A program made the translations under genes and the position numbers. From contig JAQTOI010000001.1 in NCBI GenBank assembly GCA_028713415.1, forward strand, positions 18,651 through 82,650: 64,000 nt of DNA, given 5' to 3'. How positions within the stretch are numbered: position 1 is the first letter of the stretch; each line of letters starts with the position of its first letter. The notes beneath the pieces were generated by a model. The model was not told where the DNA came from. It did no database searches and saw only the letters and a list, made by a program, of their open reading frames with translations. Shown here in pieces: positions 17,503 through 26,748 of the stretch. Source of the DNA: Candidatus Omnitrophota bacterium (GTDB taxonomy: Bacteria > Omnitrophota > Gorgyraeia > Duberdicusellales > 4484-171).

Positions 17503-18362
17503 ATAAAATTGCTCTTGGATCAGCGCAGTTTGGAGCACATTACGGAATCAATAATCGCAGAGGAAAGATACCGGCAAACGAGGTCTTTGAAATCCTTGAT
17601 TTCGCTTCAGCCTCACAGATAGATTTACTCGACACTGCTTTTGAATACGGCGAGAGCGAAAACGTTATCGGCTATTACGAGAGAGCGCACGGTTGCCCTT
17701 TTAAAATAGTATCTAAGCTGCCGCAGTGTGCGGGCAGAGAAGTTAAAGACCTCTTCGATGCATCGCTTACGAGGCTACATGCAAAAAGTCTTTACGGGTA
17801 TCTCATACATAATTTTAAATATTTCAATGAGCATCCTGATATCTGGCGCATTTTGGAGATATTAAAGGCAGAGGGAAAAATTGAAAAGATAGGTTTCTCG
17901 ATATATTATCCAACGGAACTTGAGACACTTTTTAAGCGGAACATCAGATTCGATATGATACAGTTCCCTTACAGCATTTTAGACCAAAGGTTTACAGCGT
18001 ACTTTTCTGAACTTAAAAAGAGGGGAATTGAAATACACGTCCGCTCGGTCTTTCTTCAGGGATTGATATTTAAAGAAGCAGCTTTCTTAAATGAGAAGTT
18101 CTCAAAAATAAAGGATACAATAACGCAGATCAGATCTTTGGCCAAGGATAAGGGTATTTCGCTTGTTGCGCTCTGTGTCAATTTTGCCGCACTTAATGAA
18201 TTTATAGATAAGATTATAATCGGGGTAGATAGCCTTGGGAACCTAAAAGAAATAGTTTCATCGCGCAATTATACCAGTAACGTTGAAGAGGTCTTAAGCC
18301 AGCTTGCTACTTTGCGTGAGGATGACGAAACAATGATAGTGCCTGCAAAATGGAGGATTTAA
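17499..18362 (+). CDS. Aldo/keto reductase family oxidoreductase
   Basis: 287 aa. IALGSAQFG...LDTAFEYGESENVIG is the AKR signature. Confidence 0.6.
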   Translation: MNKIALGSAQFGAHYGINNRRGKIPANEVFEILDFASASQIDLLDTAFEYGESENVIGYYERAHGCPFKIVSKLPQCAGREVKDLFDASLTRLHAKSLYGYLIHNFKYFNEHPDIWRILEILKAEGKIEKIGFSIYYPTELETLFKRNIRFDMIQFPYSILDQRFTAYFSELKKRGIEIHVRSVFLQGLIFKEAAFLNEKFSKIKDTITQIRSLAKDKGISLVALCVNFAALNEFIDKIIIGVDSLGNLKEIVSSRNYTSNVEEVLSQLATLREDDETMIVPAKWRI

Positions 18363-19144
18363 AAGTGGATATAACTGCTATCATACAGGCAAGGCTTACC
18401 TCAACAAGGCTCCCGGGTAAGGTGTTGTTGCCTTTGGGTGATAAGCCGTTGATCTGGTATGTGTATAAGCGTACCTGCATGGCAGGCAAGATTAAAAAGG
18501 TCGTAGTTGCTACTTCAAGCGAAAAATCCGATGAGCCTTTGGTAAATTATTGTTTAAAGGAAAATATCCCCGTATTGAGAGGAAGTATGGACGACGTATT
18601 GGACAGATATTATCAGGTAGCTAAACAAATAAACGCACGCCACATAGCCAGGATTACGGCGGATTGCCCATTGATAGATCATACAATTTTAGATGCCATG
18701 GCTAATGAGTATAGTAGAGTTAGTAACGATATAGATTATCTTTCCAATACTCACCCTCCGACATTCCCCGATGGAATGGATTGCGAAATTTTTTCTTTTA
18801 ATACTTTAGAGAAAGCGTGGAAAAGCGCAACACTGCAATCAGAGAGAGAACACGTAACGCCCTATATGTATAATAATCCCGATAAATTCAACATACAAAA
18901 CTTTGAAAATGATGAGGATTATTCTCATATACGTTTAACCGTGGATGAAAAAGAAGATTACGAACTCGTCAAAAGAGTATACAGCCATTTTGATTACAGA
19001 TTGGATTTTGATACACACGATATAATCGCGTTCCTGTCAAAAGAAAAAGAATTTGCAAAAATAAATAATAAGTTTGCAAGGAATGAAGGGTATCTAAAAT
19101 CTGTCCGCCAGGATAAAAAACAGCAACAAAAGAAGAGAGAATAA
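18350..19144 (+). CDS. pseF: Acylneuraminate cytidylyltransferase-family protein (CMP-nonulosonate synthetase, PseF-like / SpsF-like)
   Basis: 264 aa. ITAIIQARLTSTRLPGKVLLPLGDKPLIWYV is the CTP_transf_3 N-terminal motif. Located inside the Pse cluster. Confidence 0.6.
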   Translation: MEDLKVDITAIIQARLTSTRLPGKVLLPLGDKPLIWYVYKRTCMAGKIKKVVVATSSEKSDEPLVNYCLKENIPVLRGSMDDVLDRYYQVAKQINARHIARITADCPLIDHTILDAMANEYSRVSNDIDYLSNTHPPTFPDGMDCEIFSFNTLEKAWKSATLQSEREHVTPYMYNNPDKFNIQNFENDEDYSHIRLTVDEKEDYELVKRVYSHFDYRLDFDTHDIIAFLSKEKEFAKINNKFARNEGYLKSVRQDKKQQQKKRE

Positions 19145-19153
19145 CGGTCCATC

Positions 19154-20581
19154 ATGAAGCCAAAAAAAGTGTTATTTATCTACCCGAACATTAATACGGA
19201 GCTAAGGATTCCGTTAGCGATTTCTATCCTTATAGCGTGTATCCGAAAAGCAGGGCATCAGGTTAAACTATTCGACACTACTTTTATGGTAGAAGATTTC
19301 GCGACTGATAATGAAGCAATGACGAATTTAGGCACTCATATGCCCACCAACCTGGTAGACATGGTCGGCCGCTTGCGCAAGGTTAATATAAAGGAAGAAT
19401 TCCATAAGGCCATAAAAGAATATTCGCCGGATCTGATTGCAGCCAGCCTCGTTGAAAGGAACTTTCCTACGGCAAAACAGCTTTTTTCATCGGTTAAGAA
19501 AGAGTTCCCGGACCTGCCGGTGCTTATCGGAGGTATTATGTCTACCATAGCCCCGGAACTTGTCATCAGAGAAGACTGGGTGGATATACTCTGTGTTGGC
19601 GAAGGTGAACACACTATCGTAGAACTGTTAAATAAGCTGGATGATCGAAATGCCCTGCGCAGCATAAAGAATATTTGGACTAAAGATGTCAATGGAAAAG
19701 TTTTTTCTAACCAGTTAAGAGATTTGATTGCTATGGACGATGTGCCTGATCAGGATTGGAGTGATTTTGATTTACGTCATCTTTTAAAACCCTTTATGGG
19801 TAAAGTTTACAGAGGAGGCGCATTTGAGTTTAGCAGGGGTTGCAGTAAGGTGTGTACCTTTTGCGTGGCCCCTCAGCTGAGGAATACACAAAAAGGCCTT
19901 GGAAAGTACCACCGGACAAAAACCCCGAATGTGGCGATAGGGGAAATAGAGCATAAAGTTAAGGATTATAATCTTAATATGATTTCTTTTGGAGACACTG
20001 ATTTTTTGAGCGAAGTGCCCAAGGACGTTATGAAAGAGTTTCTTTCTTTATATATCGAGCGTATTCAATTGCCTTTTACTATTCAATCCGGGATTGAGAC
20101 GCTCGCGGACGAAGAGATATTATCGCTTTTAAGGAAGGCCCGTTGCTGCGCAGTCAGCGTCGGTGTGGAGAGCGGCTCTGACACGATAAGAAAGAATATA
20201 ATCAAGAAATTCGTTTCCAAAGAATTTATTAAAAAGGCATTTGCGTTGTGCCGCGCACATGAACTAAGAATAACCGCAAATTATATGATAGGATTACCAT
20301 TCGAAACTGAAGATGATGTATTTGAAACGATAAGGTTCAACAAAGAGATCAATCCGCCCTCCATCGCCGTAACTTTTTTTACGCCCTTTGTCGGCACTGA
20401 ACTGTATGACATCAGTGTGAAAGAAGGTTTTTACAACCCTTTTAATATAGGGTCAAACAATTATAAGGGTTCTCCTCTGGAGATGCCCAATCTTTCTTCA
20501 GAGCGGATCTATGTGCTCGTGAAGGAATTCGTTAACGAATTTAAATCGTATCAGAAGGATTTTAATATAATAAATTCATGA
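19154..20581 (+). CDS. B12-binding domain-containing radical SAM protein (class B radical SAM, probable methyltransferase)
   Basis: 475 aa. N-terminal cobalamin-binding-like region (LIGGIMSTIAPELV...DILCVGEGEHTIVELL). CxxxCxxC radical SAM cluster motif in FEFSRGCSKVCTFCV. Confidence 0.75.
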   Translation: MKPKKVLFIYPNINTELRIPLAISILIACIRKAGHQVKLFDTTFMVEDFATDNEAMTNLGTHMPTNLVDMVGRLRKVNIKEEFHKAIKEYSPDLIAASLVERNFPTAKQLFSSVKKEFPDLPVLIGGIMSTIAPELVIREDWVDILCVGEGEHTIVELLNKLDDRNALRSIKNIWTKDVNGKVFSNQLRDLIAMDDVPDQDWSDFDLRHLLKPFMGKVYRGGAFEFSRGCSKVCTFCVAPQLRNTQKGLGKYHRTKTPNVAIGEIEHKVKDYNLNMISFGDTDFLSEVPKDVMKEFLSLYIERIQLPFTIQSGIETLADEEILSLLRKARCCAVSVGVESGSDTIRKNIIKKFVSKEFIKKAFALCRAHELRITANYMIGLPFETEDDVFETIRFNKEINPPSIAVTFFTPFVGTELYDISVKEGFYNPFNIGSNNYKGSPLEMPNLSSERIYVLVKEFVNEFKSYQKDFNIINS

Positions 20582-21531
20582 AGAAATCATACAGCGAATT
20601 GTTGGATAAGGAATTGTTAAGTTTCGTAGATCCGAACACCGGAATGCTTTCGGTAGCTCATTCTTCAATGATAGATTGCCCTATATGTGAAACAAGTTCC
20701 CTGCGGCAAAGAGAGTTATTTATTAAGCGGGGATACAGATTCGTTCTCTGCGCAGGGTGTGGGCTTATTTTTTCCAACCCGTCTATTCATAACGAGGCTA
20801 ACCGTGCATTGTATGACCAGGCCCCATCTATTAAATGCTGGTCAGAAATCCTGCAAACGCAAGACCAGAGGGGCAAAGATCTCTGTCTGTATAGTTCTTT
20901 AATTGCTTTAACAAGTAAGCTTGTTAAGCATAATGCGCCCAGGTGTCTTGATATATCCATGAGAGCGGGGCTTGCAGCCGGGTTATTTAAAAAGCGAGGA
21001 TGGAAGAGCGATTTTTATGATTTTTCTAAATACACAAGAGAGTTAGGAAAGCGAAAATTGCCCCGTGTTAGATTCTACGATTCTTTTGACTCTATTGTGA
21101 AAGCGAAAAATACCTATGATGTTGTCGTTAGCATGGAGGCAATGGAGCATTTTGCTAACCCAAGTTTTTTTATGGAGAATGTTTCGAAAATTCTTGCAAA
21201 GGGAGGTATTTTTTGTGGTTTTGTTTCAAACGTAGAAAGCATGCTTGTGCGTGTTATGGGTTCTGAGGCACCGCTCTTTGACGGTTTGTATCAAAAATTC
21301 TTTTTCCACACAGGATCTCTGAAGGCGTTATTTAAAGAGTTCAACTTTATTCCTAAAAATTTTAAGACGTTCATACCGGCTCTTGAAAAAACAGAGAAAT
21401 TTTTTAATCGAATGTTACCGGAAAGACTCTCGGCTTTCTCGCGCGCGGACATGGCGAAGATATTTAGAGTTATAAAAGAGAGCGATACCCTGGGATATAA
21501 ATTATTATTCGTTGCCAAAAAACTTAAGTAG
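20578..21531 (+). CDS. Putative SAM-dependent methyltransferase with N-terminal Cys4 zinc-ribbon (divergent motif I)
   Basis: 317 aa. CPICE...CAGCG zinc ribbon. Class I MTase-like core (CLDISMRAGLAAG...VVVSMEAMEHF) with a degenerate glycine-rich motif. Confidence 0.4.
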   Translation: MKKSYSELLDKELLSFVDPNTGMLSVAHSSMIDCPICETSSLRQRELFIKRGYRFVLCAGCGLIFSNPSIHNEANRALYDQAPSIKCWSEILQTQDQRGKDLCLYSSLIALTSKLVKHNAPRCLDISMRAGLAAGLFKKRGWKSDFYDFSKYTRELGKRKLPRVRFYDSFDSIVKAKNTYDVVVSMEAMEHFANPSFFMENVSKILAKGGIFCGFVSNVESMLVRVMGSEAPLFDGLYQKFFFHTGSLKALFKEFNFIPKNFKTFIPALEKTEKFFNRMLPERLSAFSRADMAKIFRVIKESDTLGYKLLFVAKKLK

Positions 21532-21558
21532 CGCGAAGTTAGAAGATAAGTAATCATT

Positions 21559-22869
21559 ATGGGTAAGTCGCAGAATTTATACAGGAAAGCTAAGAATATA
21601 ATACCGGGAGGTACCCAGCTTCTATCAAAAAGACCCGAGATGTTTTTGCCTGATTTTTGGCCGGCATATTACAAGGAAGCCAAAGGATGCTACGTTGTTG
21701 ATCTCGATGGGAAAAGTTACACAGATATGAGCTATATGGGTATCGGCTCATGCATATTGGGGTACGCTGACAGTGACGTAAATAAAGCCGTAAAAAGAGC
21801 AATTGACAGCGGTTCAATGTCTACGCTTAATGCTCCGGAGGAGTTTGAGCTAGCCAAAGTTCTTATCGCCTTACACCCCTGGGCGGATATGGTGCGCTAT
21901 GCGCGCACTGGTGGTGAAGCAATGGCTATGGCGGTAAGGATTGCGCGAGCCGCGAGCAGGAAAGATGCGGTGTTGTTTTGCGGTTACCATGGTTGGCATG
22001 ACTGGTATCTAGCGGCAAATTTAGCGAGCGATAGCGCATTAGACGGCCATCTCTTACCCGGTCTTAACCCTTTAGGTGTGCCGCGAACATTACAGGGTAC
22101 AGCATTTCCGTTTAGATACAACGATATTGAAAATTTCTTAAAACTTATAAAAATACACAAAAATAACATTGGGGTTGTGGTGATGGAATCTATCCGCGAC
22201 CAGAAGCCTATAAGGGAATTCCTCGCAACGATACGGGAAGTTACGAAAAAACTTAAAATAGTTCTCATTGTAGATGAAATTACCGCCGGTTTCCGGCTCA
22301 ATACCGGCGGAGCGCATTTATTGTTTGGACTTAAGCCCGATATGGCTGTTTTTGCCAAGGGTATGAGTAATGGATTTCCCATGGCTGCCGTAATCGGTAA
22401 AGAAGAGATTATGCAACGTGCCCAAGATACCTTTATAAGCAGTACCTACTGGACGGATAAAATTGGACCTACGGCAGCCCTGGCTACCATAAAAAAGTTT
22501 AGGACCTGCAATGTTTCGAAGCATCTTGCCTATGTTGGCAGGCTAGTTCAGGAGGGTTGGCGTACCTTGGCCGCCAAACACGCCCTTAAAACAGAAATCT
22601 CAGGGATGTTGCCGCTTGGGCATTTTTCATTCCAGTACGATAAACCCCTGGAATTAAAAACGCTGTTTACTCAATTGATGCTTGCAAAGGGATTCCTTGC
22701 TACGAATGCTTTCTATGCTTCATATGCGCATAAAGAGGAGCACGTGCAAAAATATTTAAGCGCCGTCGGTGAGGCGTTTGCTTTTATAGCAAAGGCAATA
22801 AAAAAAGGCAATCCCGCTAAATTCTTGAAAGGCCCGGTGTGCCATAGCGGATTTAAGAGATTAACGTAA
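21559..22869 (+). CDS. Class III aminotransferase (glutamate-1-semialdehyde 2,1-aminomutase-like)
   Basis: 436 aa. ...KAKNIIPGGTQLLSKRPE......GCYVVDLDGKSYTD and LIVDEITAGFRLNTGGA are hallmarks of the GSA-AT / AT-III fold. Confidence 0.75.
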   Translation: MGKSQNLYRKAKNIIPGGTQLLSKRPEMFLPDFWPAYYKEAKGCYVVDLDGKSYTDMSYMGIGSCILGYADSDVNKAVKRAIDSGSMSTLNAPEEFELAKVLIALHPWADMVRYARTGGEAMAMAVRIARAASRKDAVLFCGYHGWHDWYLAANLASDSALDGHLLPGLNPLGVPRTLQGTAFPFRYNDIENFLKLIKIHKNNIGVVVMESIRDQKPIREFLATIREVTKKLKIVLIVDEITAGFRLNTGGAHLLFGLKPDMAVFAKGMSNGFPMAAVIGKEEIMQRAQDTFISSTYWTDKIGPTAALATIKKFRTCNVSKHLAYVGRLVQEGWRTLAAKHALKTEISGMLPLGHFSFQYDKPLELKTLFTQLMLAKGFLATNAFYASYAHKEEHVQKYLSAVGEAFAFIAKAIKKGNPAKFLKGPVCHSGFKRLT

Positions 22870-22876
22870 ACTATTC

Positions 22877-23860
22877 ATGAAAGTTTTGATATTGACTGAA
22901 GGCGGCTGCGGCATCGGGTTCGGGCATATGGCACGATGCCAATCCCTCTATCAGGCTTTTAAGATACGGAAGACAACTACACAATTTATCATCAATGCAG
23001 ATACAGCAGCACGCAATTTTTTCAAAAACAAAGATGCTATTTTTCTTAATTGGATTAAAGAAAGAGCACAGCTTTTCAAATATATAGAGAAAGCCGATAT
23101 GGTAATCATCGATTCGTATCTGGCTGACCTGGCTCTCTATAAAAAAATATCCAGTAGGGTAAAAAAACTCGTTTGTATTGACGATACTGTGCGCCTGGAT
23201 TACCCTTGCAAAGTGATTGTCAACGGTGCCGTTTTCGCTCAAAATTTAAACTATCGTCAGAAAAAAGGCATTACCTTTTTGCTCGGCAGTAAATACACTC
23301 CGCTGCGAAAAGAATTCTGGAAGGTGTCGAATAAAAAAATCCGTGCGAGAATAAAGAATATTTTAATAATGCTCGGCGGTACTGACATAGCGAATTTACT
23401 CAAAGGTGCTATGGGGATGTTGAATAAAAAGTATCCTTTGTATCAGAAAAAGATTATCGTCGGGTGCGGATTTAAAAATACCAGATTTCTTGATCAACTA
23501 TCCGATATGCATTGCAGGGTTATTTACAACCCCGATGCAAAAGCAATAAAAAGAGAAATGCTTGCCTCTGATGTGGCTATTTCTGCAGGCGGACAGACGC
23601 TCTATGAGCTTGCCAGAGTCGGCGTACCCACGGTAGCAATCCGTGTTGCCGCAAATCAATCGAATAATTTAAAAGGCTTACGCAAAGCAGGATTTATCGA
23701 ATATGCCGCAAGCGCTACGAACAGCAAACTTTTCAATACCATAGGGAAATGTCTCGATACGATAAAGGACCAGCGCATCAGGGAAACCATGTCACGTAAG
23801 GGTAGAGCCCTTGTGGATGGTGCCGGCGCACTACGGATTGTCGATTATTTACTAAACTGA
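22877..23860 (+). CDS. pseG: UDP-2,4-diacetamido-2,4,6-trideoxy-beta-L-altropyranose hydrolase, PseG (GT28-like)
   Basis: 327 aa. MKVLILTEGGCGIGFGHMARCQSL matches the PseG N-terminal G.GH..R motif. Similar size and MurG-like C-terminal half. Confidence 0.7.
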   Translation: MKVLILTEGGCGIGFGHMARCQSLYQAFKIRKTTTQFIINADTAARNFFKNKDAIFLNWIKERAQLFKYIEKADMVIIDSYLADLALYKKISSRVKKLVCIDDTVRLDYPCKVIVNGAVFAQNLNYRQKKGITFLLGSKYTPLRKEFWKVSNKKIRARIKNILIMLGGTDIANLLKGAMGMLNKKYPLYQKKIIVGCGFKNTRFLDQLSDMHCRVIYNPDAKAIKREMLASDVAISAGGQTLYELARVGVPTVAIRVAANQSNNLKGLRKAGFIEYAASATNSKLFNTIGKCLDTIKDQRIRETMSRKGRALVDGAGALRIVDYLLN

Positions 23861-23862
23861 TT

Positions 23863-24570
23863 ATGAAGAAGAAAAAAAAGATAATCATAGCAACCATCAA
23901 ACCCTGGAACATCGCAATAGCAAAAAAATTCCACGACACATTTAGAGGTAAATATCAGGTCATTATCATCAGTTCAAAGAGTAATTTCACCTATCAGCGC
24001 ATTCGTACTATCAACCCTGAATACATATTTTTTCCGCATTGGTCCTGGAAAATTGCTGCGGAAATCTATGAAAATTTTAATTGTGTCGTGTTCCATATGA
24101 CCGATTTACCTTTTGGCAGGGGAGGCAGCCCTTTGCAGAATCTTATAGTGAGGGGAAAAACCAAAACGAAAATATCAGCCATCAAAGTAGTAAAAGATAT
24201 TGATGCGGGATCCATCTATTTAAAGAAAGATTTATCCCTTAAGGGCCCTGCCCAGAGCATATATGAAAAAGCTTCAAAGATAATTTTTAATGAGATGATT
24301 CCCCGTATCGTTGGCAACCGGCATCTTCCTAAGCCTCAGCGCGGCAGAGTTGTCTTTTTTAAGAGAAGAGAACCTAGGGAAAGCCGGATACCTGCTGGTT
24401 CCAGCATTAAGGGCATCTATGATCATATCCGTATGCTCGACGCTTACGATTATCCTCATGCATTCATCGAAACAAAAGATTTTCGTATCGAATTCACTAA
24501 AGCATATAAAGATGGTAACAGTGTTGTGGCGCAAGCGCGTATTAAAAAAAGGAGCGACGATGAAGCGTAA
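23863..24570 (+). CDS. Formyltransferase-family protein (Fmt/ArnA N-domain-like)
   Basis: 235 aa. NCVVFHMTDLPFGRGGSPLQ contains the conserved Asn, catalytic His and the LP..RG..P folate-binding signature. Confidence 0.7.
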   Translation: MKKKKKIIIATIKPWNIAIAKKFHDTFRGKYQVIIISSKSNFTYQRIRTINPEYIFFPHWSWKIAAEIYENFNCVVFHMTDLPFGRGGSPLQNLIVRGKTKTKISAIKVVKDIDAGSIYLKKDLSLKGPAQSIYEKASKIIFNEMIPRIVGNRHLPKPQRGRVVFFKRREPRESRIPAGSSIKGIYDHIRMLDAYDYPHAFIETKDFRIEFTKAYKDGNSVVAQARIKKRSDDEA

Positions 24571-25240
24571 GATTTTGATAATCGCGGCTCACCCTGACGA
24601 TGAGATCTTAGGGTGCGGCGGTTCTGCTGCCCGGTTCGTTGCAGAAGGAAACGAAGTTTCCACCCTTATCTTAGGAGAAGGAATAACCTCGAGAGACCAA
24701 ACACGGCGCAGAGAATTAAGGAAAAAAGATCTGAAAAAATTAAAAACGGAAGTTTATGATGCGAATAATGCGATAGGCGTAAAAAATATTTTTCTCAATG
24801 ATTTTCCCGACAATCGTTTTGACACGATGGCATTTTTGGATATCGTAAAGGTAATTGAGAAAGTAAAAGATAAAATTTCACCGGATACACTATATACTCA
24901 TTGCCGGCAGGACTTAAATATCGACCATAGAATAACCTACCAGGCAGTTTTAACGGCATGCCGGCCGCTTCAGGGAGAAACTGTTAAGGAGATCTACTCT
25001 TTTGAAGTGCCTTCTTCGACTGAGTGGAATTACCCTTATGCGTTTAGTCCCAATATTTTTATAACAATCGATAAATCTATCCAGAAGAAACTCGATGCTT
25101 TACGGTGTTATTCAAGTGAAATAAGAGATTTTCCTCATCCGAGGTCTCTAGAGGCAGTTAAAGTAAATGCGCGCCGCTGGGGCAGCGTAGCCGGAGTTAG
25201 TTACGCCGAAGCCTTTGAGCTTATACGAAGTATCCAATGA
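24560..25240 (+). CDS. LmbE/PIG-L family N-acetylsugar deacetylase
   Basis: ORF track 24311 start is inside the upstream gene. ATG at 24560 with AAAGGAG upstream gives MKRKILIIAAHPDDEILGCGG, the AHPDDE zinc-binding motif of PIG-L deacetylases. Confidence 0.7.
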   Translation: MKRKILIIAAHPDDEILGCGGSAARFVAEGNEVSTLILGEGITSRDQTRRRELRKKDLKKLKTEVYDANNAIGVKNIFLNDFPDNRFDTMAFLDIVKVIEKVKDKISPDTLYTHCRQDLNIDHRITYQAVLTACRPLQGETVKEIYSFEVPSSTEWNYPYAFSPNIFITIDKSIQKKLDALRCYSSEIRDFPHPRSLEAVKVNARRWGSVAGVSYAEAFELIRSIQ

Positions 25241-25707
25241 AAAGGCACGATGATCTTATCTTAAGCCCGGCATCAGGCGATGACTGCAAAGACCTTTGGG
25301 TCTGGAGGAATAATCCGCTTATAAGAATAAATTTTTTTGATACGGAATGCGTTGGCTGGGAAGAGCATAAGAAATGGTTCAATTCAAATATTGCAAACCC
25401 CAATACGAGGATTTATATCGCCAAACAAGGAACAAAAAAAACTGGCGTTATTAGATTTGAAATAAAGGATAACTGCACGCAAGTTAGTGTGAATCTTAAT
25501 CCTGATTATTTAGGCAAGGGTTTAGGCGCAAAAATCATAGAACAGGGGTCAGAGAGATTTATAAGCGAAACAAAGAACGTAAAACCCATTATTGCCGAAA
25601 TTAAAAAAAATAATATAGCATCACAAAAGGCTTTCGCAAAAGCGGGTTTTGCGTTTATTAAGGAAGACGATACGCGAGTGATTTATCAAAAAATAAGAGG
25701 CAAATAA
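25237..25707 (+). CDS. pseH: GNAT N-acetyltransferase, PseH-like (UDP-4-amino-4,6-dideoxy-AltNAc N-acetyltransferase)
   Basis: 156 aa, the PseH size class. GNAT core GKGLGAKIIEQG...IAEIKKNNIASQKAFAKAGF. Located between the LmbE gene and pseI. Confidence 0.6.
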   Translation: MKRHDDLILSPASGDDCKDLWVWRNNPLIRINFFDTECVGWEEHKKWFNSNIANPNTRIYIAKQGTKKTGVIRFEIKDNCTQVSVNLNPDYLGKGLGAKIIEQGSERFISETKNVKPIIAEIKKNNIASQKAFAKAGFAFIKEDDTRVIYQKIRGK

Positions 25708-25711
25708 TTCA

Positions 25712-26740
25712 ATGAGAAATTTTTTTAAACGAGATGATAGCGTGTTTGTGATTGCGGAAATTTCTGCAAACCACGGAAAGAATTTTAAAAGAGCAGTATC
25801 GTTAATTAAGAAAGCCAAGGAATGCGGAGTAGATGCCGTGAAATTTCAAACGTATACTCCTGATACAATGACCCTCGATGTTAAAAACAGACATTTTATG
25901 ATAAAGCATCCAAGATGGGGCGGACAGACTTTATATCAATTATACAAGGAGGCATATACTCCCTGGAAATGGTTTAAAGAGTTAAAGCGTGTTGCAGGAG
26001 ATGCGGGATTAACGTTTTTCTCTACCGCATTTGATAAAACTTCCGTTGATTTTTTAGAGAATCTTGGCGTACCCCTTCATAAGATCGCCTCATTCGAGCT
26101 GGTAGATTTACCTCTGATCGAATATATAGCCAAAACAAAAAAACCCCTCATTATATCGACAGGAATGGCAACGCGCTCAGAAATTAAGGATGCCGTCAAT
26201 ACGGCAAAGAGGCACGGGACAAGCAATTTAATGTTGCTAAAATGCGTAAGCAGCTACCCCGCTAAACCGCAAGATTTGAATTTAAGGACAATTCCCGACT
26301 TAAAGAAGCTTTTTAAATGTCCCGTAGGGCTTTCAGACCACAGCCTGACTACTGTTACATCAGTTGCCGCGGTTGCGCAGGGAGCAACAATAATTGAAAA
26401 GCATTTTACTCTGTCGCGAAACATAAAAACACCGGATAGTTTTTTTTCTTTAGAGCCCCGGGAATTAAAAGAGTTGGTGGAGAGCATACGAATCGTTGAA
26501 AAAGCCCTAGGGAGAGTGAGTTATGGCCTGGGAGAGGAAGAGAAAAAAAACAGAGTTTTTAGACGCTCGTTGTTCTTTGTCAAGGATACTAAGAAAGGGG
26601 AAGTTTTGACAGAAGAAAACATTAGGGCCATAAGGCCGGCATCCGGTCTTAAACCAAAATATTTGCGGTCAGTCCTGAATCGCAAAGCAAAAAAAAATAT
26701 TGAAAAAGGGACACCTTTAACTAAGGAATTGATTTCCTAA
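25712..26740 (+). CDS. pseI: Pseudaminic acid synthase PseI (NeuB family)
   Basis: 342 aa. VIAEISANHGKNFKRAVSLIKKAKECGVDAVKFQTY is the NeuB/PseI TIM-barrel N-terminus. C-terminal SAF/antifreeze-like domain. Confidence 0.85.
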   Translation: MRNFFKRDDSVFVIAEISANHGKNFKRAVSLIKKAKECGVDAVKFQTYTPDTMTLDVKNRHFMIKHPRWGGQTLYQLYKEAYTPWKWFKELKRVAGDAGLTFFSTAFDKTSVDFLENLGVPLHKIASFELVDLPLIEYIAKTKKPLIISTGMATRSEIKDAVNTAKRHGTSNLMLLKCVSSYPAKPQDLNLRTIPDLKKLFKCPVGLSDHSLTTVTSVAAVAQGATIIEKHFTLSRNIKTPDSFFSLEPRELKELVESIRIVEKALGRVSYGLGEEEKKNRVFRRSLFFVKDTKKGEVLTEENIRAIRPASGLKPKYLRSVLNRKAKKNIEKGTPLTKELIS

Positions 26741-26748
26741 ATCAGCAA

